This document shows positions 37,908 to 47,223 of a DNA stretch of 64,000 bases, in pieces; positions within the stretch are counted from its first letter, which is position 1, and each line of letters starts with the position of its first letter. Source of the stretch: Eubacteriales bacterium. Lineage in GTDB: Bacteria; Bacillota; Clostridia; Oscillospirales; CAG-272. The stretch is taken from positions 4,840 through 68,839 of the forward strand of contig JAZNDS010000034.1 in NCBI GenBank assembly GCA_045588145.1, in the 5' to 3' direction. The notes beneath the pieces are model-generated. The model was not told where the DNA came from. It ran no database searches and saw only the letters and a program-made list of their open reading frames with translations. The position numbers and the translations under genes were made by a program.

Positions 37908-38894
37908 ATGAATTACATAATGCTGGACCTCGAATGGAACCAGACCTACCAGCAGAAGGCGCTTGCCGTCCAACGGCGCATCGGCGCGCACCTGCATGGG
38001 GAGGTCATCCAGATCGGGGCTGTGAAATTAGACGAGGAAATGAATATCATCGGCAGCTACAGCGTCATCGTGAAGCCGACCTTTTTCTGCCGTATCCACC
38101 GCCACGTGCGTGACCTGACGCATATCACCCAGGCAATGCTTGATCGCGGCATTCCGTTGCCCGAGGCGGCCGAAAGCTTCCGCCGTTTTTGCGGAAAGGA
38201 CTTCGTGCTGCTGACCTGGGGGCCGGACGATGTGCCGATGTTCCGTGAAAATCTTTCCGCCCATAACATCAAATCCGAATGGCTGGACTGCGATTACGAC
38301 CTGCAAAAGATCTACAGCCGCCAAAGGGAGGGGGGCGCCAAGAAGCAACGCTCGCTTGAATTCGCGATGGAGGCGCTTGGGATCCCCCAGAACCTGCCCG
38401 CGCACGACGCGCTGAACGACGCGTATTTTACCGCCCTTGTCGCCACGCGGCTCGACGTTGTTTCGGGCGTTCGTGACTACGGCGAGCGGGGGGAAGGCTA
38501 TCTTCTTGACAAGACCTACGGGGACGCCGATATCGGCGAGGTTGGCTACAAGACCACCGAGGAGATCCTCGCCTCTCCGCATTTTTCGATCCCGCCCTGT
38601 CCCGTCTGCGGCGGCGGGCTTATAGCCCTTACCAAGGCCCTGCAGGGAAGGGGTCACCGTTATTCCACGCTTTGCAGCTGCGAGCGGGATGGGGAAATGT
38701 TTTTGAACGTGCGTATCTTTCGCAATTGCGACGATACGCTTCGCTTCCGCAAAACGATGACGGTGGCGGACCCCGAGGAAAGCGCGCAGCACAAGAAAAA
38801 GCTGCAGGAGGCCTCGGCCAAGCGCCGCCGTCGCCGCGTGCGTCGGAAGAAGCCTGTTCGAGCCGAAGGGACACCCGCCGAGGCTCCCAATTAA
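37908..38894 (+). CDS. DEDD-family 3'-5' exonuclease-domain protein with a C-terminal Cys cluster and a basic tail.
   Basis: Exo I motif MLDLEWN and HDALNDAY (Exo III-like); C-terminal CPVCGGG...CSCE. Confidence 0.7.
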   Translation: MNYIMLDLEWNQTYQQKALAVQRRIGAHLHGEVIQIGAVKLDEEMNIIGSYSVIVKPTFFCRIHRHVRDLTHITQAMLDRGIPLPEAAESFRRFCGKDFVLLTWGPDDVPMFRENLSAHNIKSEWLDCDYDLQKIYSRQREGGAKKQRSLEFAMEALGIPQNLPAHDALNDAYFTALVATRLDVVSGVRDYGERGEGYLLDKTYGDADIGEVGYKTTEEILASPHFSIPPCPVCGGGLIALTKALQGRGHRYSTLCSCERDGEMFLNVRIFRNCDDTLRFRKTMTVADPEESAQHKKKLQEASAKRRRRRVRRKKPVRAEGTPAEAPN

Positions 38895-38911
38895 CCGCCG
38901 AAAGAAACAGA

Positions 38912-38947
38912 GGCACTTATGGCAAAATCGTCATAAGTGCCTTTTGC
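38912..38947. terminator. Bidirectional terminator between the exonuclease gene and the cysteine-rich peptide gene.
   Basis: Perfect 10-bp palindrome GGCACTTATG-gcaaaatcgt-CATAAGTGCC followed by TTTTG. Confidence 0.55.
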
Positions 38948-39023
38948 TACCTAACGGGAGGCGCTAAAGCGAGCAACAAAATCATCGGCTTGAATGCTTT
39001 ATACGGTGCGGTAGCGCCGTATG

Positions 39024-39188
39024 TCAGTCTTTTTGATCAAATTCGGGAAAACAAAGAGAATAGTAGTCGCACTCGTCGCAGCAGCATTCAAAGCCCTGCT
39101 CCCCGTTGCCAAGACAAACGTCGGGCTCTCCGGGTGTAAGCTCTACGCCGGTAACATCGATTACCTTTTTGGAAAGATCTTTACTCAT
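39024..39188 (-). CDS. 54-aa acidic six-cysteine peptide/protein of unknown function.
   Basis: Reads MSKDLSKKVIDVTGVELTPGEPDVCLGNGEQGFECCCDECDYYSLCFPEFDQKD. RBS GAGGAG lies 5 nt upstream, with a dedicated promoter and leader (next two features). Confidence 0.6.
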   Translation of the reverse strand: MSKDLSKKVIDVTGVELTPGEPDVCLGNGEQGFECCCDECDYYSLCFPEFDQKD

Positions 39189-39357
39189 TATTCTCCTCTG
39201 TGTATAAAAAAGTGCACCCCCGAAGGAATGCACCGAAAAAATGTTCCCCCTCGAATGCTGCTACACAAACTCTCAACGATGGTACGAGAAAAGAGAGAAA
39301 ACACTTTTTACCAAAGTATTTTCCCATCGTTGAGAAAAAATATGCAGTTTGTGTAGC
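39189..39357 (-). promoter_or_regulatory. Structured ~170-nt 5' leader of the cysteine-rich peptide gene. It has nested long-range helices followed by a UUCG-tetraloop intrinsic terminator with a U6 run 22 nt before the AUG. It is a candidate attenuator or riboswitch.
   Basis: RNA stems: CUACACAAAC/GUUUGUGUAG (39260-70 / 39347-57), CUCAACGAUGG/CCAUCGUUGAG (39271-82 / 39324-35), and GUGCAUUCC-UUCG-GGGGUGCAC-UUUUUU (39212-39233). Confidence 0.45.
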
Positions 39358-39363
39358 GTAAAC

Positions 39364-39411
39364 AGTATACCATGTTTTAGCCGATTTGTCAACGGCGTGA
39401 GAATTTGACAA
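39364..39411 (-). promoter_or_regulatory. Sigma-A promoter with a dyad operator for the peptide gene.
   Basis: TTGACA-17-TATACT, with TTGTCAA-N11-TTGACAA overlapping the -35 element. Confidence 0.5.
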
Positions 39412-39454
39412 AAGCATGATTGTTTCTGCTTTTTCCATCAAGGCGGTGGTTGTC

Positions 39455-39491
39455 AACAAAAAAGGACAGAGAACGTAAAAATTCTCTGTCC
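39455..39491 (-). terminator. Intrinsic terminator of the DedA-Cls gene.
   Basis: GGACAGAGAA-cgtaaaaa-TTCTCTGTCC, with a U-run following on the minus strand. Confidence 0.6.
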
Positions 39492-39550
39492 TTTCCTGTT
39501 TGTGTGTCTATACCGCTCTGTCGCAGACATCCTTCTACGGAGCTTTTTCA

Positions 39551-41824
39551 TTAAAATAATGGAGCAAACAGCGAGAAAAGGCGGTGGATCCATACCTCAA
39601 AGCGGTTCATGCGGTAGTTTTCGCTCGTTACCTCCTCACTCACCTTGAAAAGCGAATCGAAATCGCGGCGGATGGCCTGCAGCGAGGGGTCGCGGCAGAT
39701 CACGGCGCCACACTCGAAGTGATGCGAAAAGCTACGGTAATCAAGATTGATGGTACCAACGAAGCCGAGATTCCCGTCCGCGAGAAGCTGCTTGGCGTGA
39801 AGAAAGCCGGGGGTATACTCGTAAATACGGATGCCCGCCGCCAAAAGCCCGCGGTAGGAGGCGCGTGTCATGGCAAAGACCACCCTCTTATCGGGGATAT
39901 GGGGGGTCACGATCCGTACGTCCACCCCACGCAGGGCGGCGTTCTTCAAGGCGGTCTCCAGGGTATGGTCCATCACGAGATAGGGGGTCGTGATATAAAG
40001 GTATTCCTTGGCCGAGGCGATCATCGAAAGGAAATTGTTTTGCTGGGCGCCCTCCTTATAATGGGGCAGGGGGCCGCCGCCAAAGGGGTGGATATAGCCG
40101 CCCGCCGTTGCCTCCTCGCGGTAGCTTTGAAAATAACGGCTGTAATCCTCGTCGGCCGCAGGGGCCCTTCCCGAGGTGTCGTAGGCCTGCAAAAAGAGGA
40201 AGGTAAAGTTCGCCACGGCCGAGCCGCGGAAGCTGATCGCCGAATCCTTCCATTTTCCGAAGGGCTCCGCAAGCCCCGCGTACTCGTCGGCAATATTGAT
40301 CCCGCCGGTATAGGCGACCTTCCCGTCAATCACGGCGATCTTGCGGTGGTCACGGTAGTTGTAGATGCCCGAAAGGATCGGGCGGATCGGGTTGAATTTG
40401 CGGCATTTGATCCCCTCCTGGGTGAGGATGAAATCAAAATCCCCGGGCAGATCCCCCAGCGTGCCGACATCGTCGTACAAAAGGCGGACCTCGACCCCCT
40501 CCCGGACCTTCTCGCGAAGGATCGCGTGAAGCTCGTCCCAGATCCTCCCCTTTTTGATGATAAAATACTCAAGGAAGATAAAGGACTCGGCCGCGCGGAG
40601 CGAGGCGAAAAGATCCTCGAAGAAGGCGGCCCCGTCTCCGAAATAGCTGACGCGGTTGCCAAGATGCCCGTGGGAGTAGGCCGTGCGGTTCAGCGTTTTT
40701 TCGATCCCGCCGTATTCGGCGAGCGTCTCCTCGATCGCGCGGCGGTAGGCAAGGTCGGCTGTAAGGTAGGTCTGCCTTTGCTTTTCAATGCTTGAGAGGG
40801 CGCGGCTTTGCTTTTTCCGCACCTTGGGGTTGGCCAAGAAAAGATACAGCACCGCCCCCAGCATCGGGAAAAGAAGCAGGATCACCAGCCACACCAGCTT
40901 AAAGCCGGGGTCGGTATCCTTTTCGGTCAGATGAATGAAGATCCCAAGCGAAAGAAGGGTGTTCAGGATCGCGATAACGGCGTAATATTGGATAAAACGC
41001 GCCATAAGAAAGACGAGCGTCGCGACCTGTAAAAGAATGGCAAGTCCGAAGATCAGTCCGCGCGAAAGCAAAAGCTTAAAGATCTTTCTCGGCTTCCCCT
41101 TCAGAAAGGTGGGGATCTTGGCGGCCACGTAATCGGTGAAAAGATCGAATTTTTCGGCCAGAAGATCGGCGTGGCGGAAGCAGACGTAGAAAAGAAGGAT
41201 CCCAAGAAGCGTAGCCACCACGATGATCGGGATCCCCCAGCCCTCAAAGGGGATCAGCTCTCCCGAATAGAAGACCAGCGTGCAGCCGATCGAGGTGATC
41301 CGGGTCGAAAGCTGCATCAGGAGAAAGACCGAGAAGGGAATCGGCAGGACCCCCGCGATGAGTGAAATGAGATCGTCGGGAAACATCGGGAACAAAAACA
41401 TAAAGAAAACGGTGACCGCTTCCTTATTGCGGGAGCGCATAAGGATCGAATCGACCTTTTGGGGGTCGCCCGACAGCCAGTACACGAAGCGCTTGCCGAA
41501 AACTCTTCCCAGAAAGAACGCGAAAAGAGAGCCGCAAACGATCCCGATGTAGGAATAAAAGAAGGAGGGAAGCGCCCCGAAAAGGTAGGCCCCGCCGAGA
41601 ATGGTCACGGTGGAGGGGATGGGAATAAAGGTCACCTGCAAAAAGGATAAAAGGATAAAGATAAGCGGGGCCGCCGCCCCATAGGCCGCAAGGGCCTTTT
41701 GCAGGGATTCCTTCGAAAGATCGGTGAATCCGAGCGCGCGGAAAAGAAGCCAGCCCCCAAGCAGCAAAAGAAGAATGCCGAGGACCGACAGCGTTTTCTT
41801 GAGAATAAGCTTTTTATCCTTCAT
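39551..41824 (-). CDS. Fusion protein: N-terminal DedA/TVP38 (SNARE-associated) membrane domain joined to a C-terminal cardiolipin synthase with two PLD HKD domains.
   Basis: N-terminus resembles VTFIPIPSTVTILGGAYLFG...RVFGKRFV (DedA). C-terminus has the Cls TM pair and HRKIAVIDGKVAYTGGINIAD and HAKQLLADGNLGFVGTINLD HKD motifs. Confidence 0.85.
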   Translation of the reverse strand: MKDKKLILKKTLSVLGILLLLLGGWLLFRALGFTDLSKESLQKALAAYGAAAPLIFILLSFLQVTFIPIPSTVTILGGAYLFGALPSFFYSYIGIVCGSLFAFFLGRVFGKRFVYWLSGDPQKVDSILMRSRNKEAVTVFFMFLFPMFPDDLISLIAGVLPIPFSVFLLMQLSTRITSIGCTLVFYSGELIPFEGWGIPIIVVATLLGILLFYVCFRHADLLAEKFDLFTDYVAAKIPTFLKGKPRKIFKLLLSRGLIFGLAILLQVATLVFLMARFIQYYAVIAILNTLLSLGIFIHLTEKDTDPGFKLVWLVILLLFPMLGAVLYLFLANPKVRKKQSRALSSIEKQRQTYLTADLAYRRAIEETLAEYGGIEKTLNRTAYSHGHLGNRVSYFGDGAAFFEDLFASLRAAESFIFLEYFIIKKGRIWDELHAILREKVREGVEVRLLYDDVGTLGDLPGDFDFILTQEGIKCRKFNPIRPILSGIYNYRDHRKIAVIDGKVAYTGGINIADEYAGLAEPFGKWKDSAISFRGSAVANFTFLFLQAYDTSGRAPAADEDYSRYFQSYREEATAGGYIHPFGGGPLPHYKEGAQQNNFLSMIASAKEYLYITTPYLVMDHTLETALKNAALRGVDVRIVTPHIPDKRVVFAMTRASYRGLLAAGIRIYEYTPGFLHAKQLLADGNLGFVGTINLDYRSFSHHFECGAVICRDPSLQAIRRDFDSLFKVSEEVTSENYRMNRFEVWIHRLFSLFAPLF

Positions 41825-41918
41825 AAAATATCCCTCCAAGGGAAAGTATAGCACAAGCGCCAAAAAAAGGCAAAGCAATTGATAAAAAATTTACAAATGG
41901 GGCGGCCGCATTTTATTC

Positions 41919-41947
41919 TTGACGGCGACGCCCATTTATATTATAAT
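41919..41947 (+). promoter_or_regulatory. Sigma-A promoter for rimI-tsaD.
   Basis: TTGACG-17-TATAAT. Confidence 0.5.
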
Positions 41948-41982
41948 GAGAAGTAGAAATTTTAAAGAAAAGAGGATGGGGT

Positions 41983-42420
41983 GTGAAGCTTTCGGTCCGT
42001 AAGGCGACCCTTGCCGATAAAGAGACCCTCCTTCGTTTGGAGAGGGAGTCCTTTCCCGACCCCTGGGGAGAGGGGGCGGTCATCGCCCATCTTTCCTCAA
42101 ACAGCACGCTGACCCTTTTACTAAAGAAGGGGGAGGAGGCCGTGGGGCTTCTTTTCGGCGTTTGCCTTCTCGGGGAGGGGGAGCTATACCGCATCGCGGT
42201 GAAGGAAAGCGAAAGAAAGCAGGGGGGCGGAAGGCTTCTTTTGCAAAGCTTTCTTGACACTCTGGAGGAAAGGGGCGCCCCTGTTTGCTTTTTGGAGGTA
42301 AGGGAATCCAACCTTGCCGCCCTGTCTCTTTACCGCTCGCTCGGCTTCCTTTCGGTGGGGCGGCGGAAAAAATATTACAAGGATCCGCCCGAGGACGCGC
42401 TGCTGCTTCGGCGGGGATGA
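41983..42420 (+). CDS. rimI: Ribosomal-protein-alanine N-acetyltransferase (GNAT). GTG start.
   Basis: GNAT motif RIAVKESERKQGGGRLLL; sits immediately upstream of tsaD. Confidence 0.8.
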   Translation: MKLSVRKATLADKETLLRLERESFPDPWGEGAVIAHLSSNSTLTLLLKKGEEAVGLLFGVCLLGEGELYRIAVKESERKQGGGRLLLQSFLDTLEERGAPVCFLEVRESNLAALSLYRSLGFLSVGRRKKYYKDPPEDALLLRRG

Positions 42421-42426
42421 GGAAAT

Positions 42427-43530
42427 ATGTATATTTTATCGATCGAAAGCTCTTGTGACGAAACGGCCGCCGCCGTCGTACGGGGGGAGGGAGAGACCCT
42501 TACCCTTCTTTCCGACGTGGTCTTCTCGCAGGCCGATATCCACGCACTGTACGGCGGGGTCGTGCCCGAGATCGCCAGCCGCGCCCATACCGAGGTGATC
42601 TCGCGTATCACCTACGAGGCGCTGTCGAAGGCGGGGATCTCGGTCTCGGATCTCGGCGCTGTCGCCGTTACCGATCACCCGGGGCTGATCGGCGCGCTTC
42701 TTGTGGGGGTGAACTTTTGCAAGGCGCTGGCCTTTGCGAACCGTATCCCGCTTGTGGGGGTGGACCATATCAAGGGGCATATCGCCGCCGCGTATCTCAC
42801 CGAAAACGCGCCGAAGCCGCCCTTTCTTGCCTTTGTTGTCTCGGGGGGGCATACCGCCCTTTATCACGTAAAAAGCTATACCGAGCATCACTTGATCGGC
42901 ACGACGCGTGATGACGCGATGGGCGAGGCCTTTGATAAGGTCGGCCGCCTTTTCGGGCTTCAGTATCCCGCGGGCGCCGCCTTTGACCGCCTTTCGACCG
43001 AGGGGCTTCTCGCCGCCGTCGGGCAAACGCCCACCCCAACGGAAAACGGGGAAAGCGAACGGGTAAGGGAGGCCTATCTTGCCTTCCCGAGGACCGAGGC
43101 CGCCCGTCTTTATAAGCTGCCCTCTCCCGCTTTGATCGGGGAAAACTACGATTTTTCCTTCTCGGGGCTGAAGACGGCCGCCGTCAATCTCTTGCATAAC
43201 GCCGAGCAAAGCGGGAAGAAAGTGGATAATTCTCTCTTTGCCGCCGCCTATACCCATACCGCCGTTGAGGGGGCGATCAAAAAGCTTTCCGCGGCGCTTG
43301 AGGGGTATCCCTCTCTTCCCTTGGTGCTGGGGGGCGGTGTGGCGGCCAACTCCCACCTTCGCGGGGCGGTACGGGCGCTTTGCGAAAAGCGGGGAACGCC
43401 GCTGCATATCCTGCCGAGAAGCCTTTGCGGGGATAACGGCGGTATGATCGGGGCCGCCGGGTATTACGAATATCAAGCGGGCGCGCGCGCGGCCGAGGAT
43501 TGCAACGCCAGCGCCGCCGACTCGCTTTAA
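42427..43530 (+). CDS. tsaD: tRNA N6-adenosine threonylcarbamoyltransferase.
   Basis: Reads MYILSIESSCDETAAAVV, plus HIKGHI and SGGVAAN motifs. Confidence 0.95.
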   Translation: MYILSIESSCDETAAAVVRGEGETLTLLSDVVFSQADIHALYGGVVPEIASRAHTEVISRITYEALSKAGISVSDLGAVAVTDHPGLIGALLVGVNFCKALAFANRIPLVGVDHIKGHIAAAYLTENAPKPPFLAFVVSGGHTALYHVKSYTEHHLIGTTRDDAMGEAFDKVGRLFGLQYPAGAAFDRLSTEGLLAAVGQTPTPTENGESERVREAYLAFPRTEAARLYKLPSPALIGENYDFSFSGLKTAAVNLLHNAEQSGKKVDNSLFAAAYTHTAVEGAIKKLSAALEGYPSLPLVLGGGVAANSHLRGAVRALCEKRGTPLHILPRSLCGDNGGMIGAAGYYEYQAGARAAEDCNASAADSL

Positions 43531-43667
43531 GCCAAAGAACGAAATACGGCACGCTTTTCTCTTTTATCCGATTTTTCGACAGAAATTCGGTGGAAAACTC
43601 GGTTGAAAAGGTGCAGAACTATTACATAGAGCCTCCTTTTTGGGGAGGACGAGAACGGAAAAGACCA

Positions 43668-44666
43668 ATGAAGAAGAAACGCTATGAACTGAAAAACAGC
43701 GAAGCCCGAGGGCTGCCGTCCCTGCTTGGTACCCCCCTTCTGAAGGAGGCGGGCGGGGACGAGCTGCGGGTGCTTTTCGCCCTTTGCGAGCTGGGGGGCG
43801 GTACCGCCGAGGAGCTGGCGGAGCCTACGGGCCTTGCGCCCTTAAGCGTGGAAAGCGCGCTCTCCTTCTGGCGCGGGGCGGGCATTGTGTGCCTTTCCTC
43901 GGGAGAAAGGCAGGCGGAAACGGCTCCCCCTCCGCCCTCGGCCCCCAAAAAGCCGAAAAGGAAGCAGGAGATCGCCGAAAGAAACGCCGAGGAGCTGGCC
44001 GAAAGCATCGAGAAAAGGAATCTTACCTCGCTTATCGACGCGGCCCAGGGCCAGTGTGGGCGCATCTTCAACACCGCCGAGCTTTCGATCCTTGTCGGCC
44101 TTGTGGAGGAGCTGGGGCTGGATGACGCGTATATCCTTACCCTTCTGGCTTACTGTGACGGGGAAAACGGCGACAAAAAGCCACTTCGCTACGCCGAGCG
44201 GGTGGCCTTCCGCCTGTATGAGCTGGGGATCGATACGTACGACGCTTTGGAGGAATACATCGAGAAGCAGACCCGCATGCGGTCGCTGGAGGGGCGGCTT
44301 CGGAATATGTTCGGCATCGGGAGCCGCCGCCTTTCGGTAAGAGAGGAAAAGGCGTTTATGTGCTGGTGCTGTGAATACGGCTACGGGGAAGAGCTGATCG
44401 GGGCGGCCTATGACGTCACCGTCAACGCGACGGGGCAAGCCTCGGTCAGCTATGCCGCGAAGATCCTTGCGCATTGGCACGAAAGCGGGGTAAGGACCGT
44501 CGAGGAGGCCGAGGCCCTTCTGCAAAGAGAAAGAGAAGAGAAGGGCGCGAAGCGGGGAAAAAGAGCAAGGACCGAGCCAAAGAAGGATGAGCTTCATTCC
44601 AGCTTCGACGATGGGGAGTTCTTCCGCCGCGCTTTAGCGCGCAGCTTTAAAAGCAAATCGGAATAA
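43668..44666 (+). CDS. DnaD/DnaB-domain replication initiation or membrane-attachment protein. Start uncertain.
   Basis: Winged-helix N-terminus (LRVLFALCELGGGTAEELA) and a C-terminal DnaD-like region; followed by a DnaC/DnaI-like loader. Confidence 0.7.
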   Translation: MKKKRYELKNSEARGLPSLLGTPLLKEAGGDELRVLFALCELGGGTAEELAEPTGLAPLSVESALSFWRGAGIVCLSSGERQAETAPPPPSAPKKPKRKQEIAERNAEELAESIEKRNLTSLIDAAQGQCGRIFNTAELSILVGLVEELGLDDAYILTLLAYCDGENGDKKPLRYAERVAFRLYELGIDTYDALEEYIEKQTRMRSLEGRLRNMFGIGSRRLSVREEKAFMCWCCEYGYGEELIGAAYDVTVNATGQASVSYAAKILAHWHESGVRTVEEAEALLQREREEKGAKRGKRARTEPKKDELHSSFDDGEFFRRALARSFKSKSE

Positions 44667-44687
44667 GAGAGGCCTGAAGGAGGCAGT

Positions 44688-45656
44688 ATGGGATACAATA
44701 TTGAGAATTACCGTAAGGTAAAGGAAATGCTGGAAAAGCGCCGCTCCGAGGCGCTGCAAAGGGCGTCCGAGCGCCGCGGGGCGTTGCATCTCTCGGTCCC
44801 CGAGATCGAGGAGATCGATCGGGCCCTTTCTTCGACGGGTATGCGGCTCTTCCGTGCCGCCACCGAGGGGGGAGAGGGGCTTTCTTCGCGCATCGCCGCT
44901 ATTAAAGAGGAGCATGAGGCCCTGCGCCTGCGCCGCGCTTCGCTGCTTGCCGAGCGGGGATACCCCGCCACCTATACCGAGCCGGGCTACACCTGTAAGA
45001 AATGCAACGACACCGGCTTTTTCGAGGCGAAGATGTGCGACTGCATGAAGGAGGCCCTGATCTTGGAGGGGATCCGCTCCTCGGGGCTCGGTCGGCTGAT
45101 CGACCGCCAGCGCTTTGAAAACTTTTCGTTGGACTACTATAAGAACGCCCCCGAGCATTACGAGCGGGCGAGCTACGCCCTGCAAAGGACCAAGGCCTAT
45201 GCCGAGGAATTCGGGGCCGAGGCGAAAAACCTTCTTCTGATGGGCCCGACAGGGCTTGGGAAGACCCACCTTTCGACCGCCCTTGCCCGCCGCGTGATCG
45301 AGCGGGGGTTTGACGTGGTATACGAAAGCGTGCAGGATCTGATCCTGGATTTTGAGTACGACCGCTTCAAAAGCGGATACGGCGAGGCCGGCAAAAGGGC
45401 CGACCGTTATCTTGGCTGTGAGCTGCTGATCCTTGACGACCTTGGCACCGAGCAGACCAATCAATTCGTGATCACCTCGCTCTACCATCTCATCAACACC
45501 CGCATCAATCAGGGGAAAAGCACCGTCGTCAGCACCAATCTCATCGGTGACCGCGAGCTGCGGGAGCGGTACGGAGACCGCATCAGCAGCCGCCTTTTGG
45601 GCGAATTTGAGATCCTTTTGCTTTCGGGTACCGATATCCGTATGCAAAAGCTTTGA
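44688..45656 (+). CDS. DnaC/DnaI-family helicase-loader ATPase (IstB-like AAA+).
   Basis: Walker A LLMGPTGLGKTHL, Walker B LLILDDLG, and an N-terminal zinc-binding CKKCNDTGF..CDC. Confidence 0.8.
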   Translation: MGYNIENYRKVKEMLEKRRSEALQRASERRGALHLSVPEIEEIDRALSSTGMRLFRAATEGGEGLSSRIAAIKEEHEALRLRRASLLAERGYPATYTEPGYTCKKCNDTGFFEAKMCDCMKEALILEGIRSSGLGRLIDRQRFENFSLDYYKNAPEHYERASYALQRTKAYAEEFGAEAKNLLLMGPTGLGKTHLSTALARRVIERGFDVVYESVQDLILDFEYDRFKSGYGEAGKRADRYLGCELLILDDLGTEQTNQFVITSLYHLINTRINQGKSTVVSTNLIGDRELRERYGDRISSRLLGEFEILLLSGTDIRMQKL

Positions 45657-45672
45657 TTTTTTTAAAAAATCC

Positions 45673-45701
45673 TTGCTTTTTTCGGTAAAGGGTGCTATAA
45701 T
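45673..45701 (+). promoter_or_regulatory. Sigma-A promoter for the permease gene.
   Basis: TTGCTT-17-TATAAT. Confidence 0.45.
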
Positions 45702-45753
45702 CGCCTTATCCTGCCGAAGGATCCCCCCAATTCATATGTGAAGGAACAACAAA

Positions 45754-47166
45754 ATGAAAAATGAACTGAAGCGTAAATACGGCCTTTTCACCGCCATTTG
45801 TATGGTGGTCGGCATCGTGATCGGCTCCGGCGTATTCTTCAAGGCGGGGAAGGTCCTTGAAAGCAATAACGGCAGCATGGGCAAATCGATCCTGACGGTG
45901 GCGCTTGTCGGCGCGGTCATGACGGTCTGCACCTATGTGTTCTCGCTCTTTGCCCAACGGCATGAGCGTGTGAACGGTATTATCGACTACGCCGAGGTCT
46001 CCTGCGGGCCGATGTACGCCTACGGGCTCGGGTGGTTTTTATCCACCATCTACTATCCGTCGCTTACCTCCTGCCTTGCCTGGATCTCCGCCCAGTATAC
46101 CTGCGAGCTGTTCTCGTGGGATGTCACCTCGGATATCCACCTGGCGATCGGCGCCTTCTATCTTGTGGCGGGCTATGCTTTAAACGCCCTTTCGCCGAAG
46201 ATCGCGGGTAAATTTCAGGTTTCCACGACCGTTATCAAGCTGATCCCGCTTGGGATCATGGCGGTGGTCGGTACAGCCGCCGGTCTTATCAACGGTAAGA
46301 CGGTCGCCTCCCTGGGAGAGAGTTCTTCCTTAAGCGGGGCCGCGGGCGGCGGCATTCTGGCGGCGGCGGTCGCCTTCGCCTTCGCGTACGAGGGCTGGAT
46401 CATCGCGACCTCGATCAACGCGGAGCTGAAGAATGCCAAGCGAAACCTGCCGATCGCGCTTGTCGCGGGCTCGCTTATCGTGGTGGCGGTCTACGTCTTT
46501 TATTTCCTTGGCCTTACAGGGGCCTTAACGAGCGAGGAGATGATGGCCTCTCCCAACATTCCGAAGGAAGCCTTCGGTAAGCTGTTTGGCAGTCCCGTAT
46601 TCGGCACGGTCGTGTACGTTTTTATCGTGATCTCCTGCCTTGGCACCATGAACGGGCTGATGCTTGGCTGCTGCCGCGGCATGTATTCGGTGGCGATACG
46701 CGGACAGGGCCCCGCCCCCCGTTTGTTTGCCGAGGTCGATAAACAGACCAATATGCCCACGAACTCGGCGATCCTCGGCCTAATCTTCTGCGGCTTCTGG
46801 TTCATGCAGTGGGAGCTGGGGCTGATCCGCGGGGTCCTGCCCGATATCATCGCCTGGGAAAATGACGAGCTGCCGATCATCACGCTCTACGCCTCCTATA
46901 TTCCCATTTTTGCCGTTCTGATGGTAAAGGGGAAGGACCTGCATCCCGTCAAGCGCTTTCTTTTGCCAAGCCTTGCGATCGTTGGCTGTATCTTTATGGT
47001 ATACGCCGCCTTCGCGGCCTATCGGATCGAGGCGGTCTATTATCTGATCGTTTCGACCGCCGTACTTCTTATCGGAATGCTTTTCTACCGAGGGAAGGAC
47101 GGAAAAACGGTTCTTGACCGTGTGCTCCGCCAAAAGGGCGGGGAAGCGGAAGGCACCGATCCGTAA
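45754..47166 (+). CDS. APC-superfamily amino acid permease.
   Basis: 12 TM segments; N-terminal G..GSG motif FTAICMVVGIVIGSGVFF. Confidence 0.85.
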   Translation: MKNELKRKYGLFTAICMVVGIVIGSGVFFKAGKVLESNNGSMGKSILTVALVGAVMTVCTYVFSLFAQRHERVNGIIDYAEVSCGPMYAYGLGWFLSTIYYPSLTSCLAWISAQYTCELFSWDVTSDIHLAIGAFYLVAGYALNALSPKIAGKFQVSTTVIKLIPLGIMAVVGTAAGLINGKTVASLGESSSLSGAAGGGILAAAVAFAFAYEGWIIATSINAELKNAKRNLPIALVAGSLIVVAVYVFYFLGLTGALTSEEMMASPNIPKEAFGKLFGSPVFGTVVYVFIVISCLGTMNGLMLGCCRGMYSVAIRGQGPAPRLFAEVDKQTNMPTNSAILGLIFCGFWFMQWELGLIRGVLPDIIAWENDELPIITLYASYIPIFAVLMVKGKDLHPVKRFLLPSLAIVGCIFMVYAAFAAYRIEAVYYLIVSTAVLLIGMLFYRGKDGKTVLDRVLRQKGGEAEGTDP

Positions 47167-47223
47167 AAAAGCGAACACATCGGTCCGCTGTTACCTTTTG
47201 TTTTTTGAGAAAGAAGGAATCCT

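Noticed and set aside
39024-39188. Identification of the six-Cys peptide as a SCIFF/ranthipeptide precursor.
   Set aside because: It has six cysteines and a similar length, but the sequence does not resemble the GGCGECQTSCQSACKTSC core as I recall it. No radical-SAM/SPASM maturase lies nearby, so the resemblance is not enough to call.
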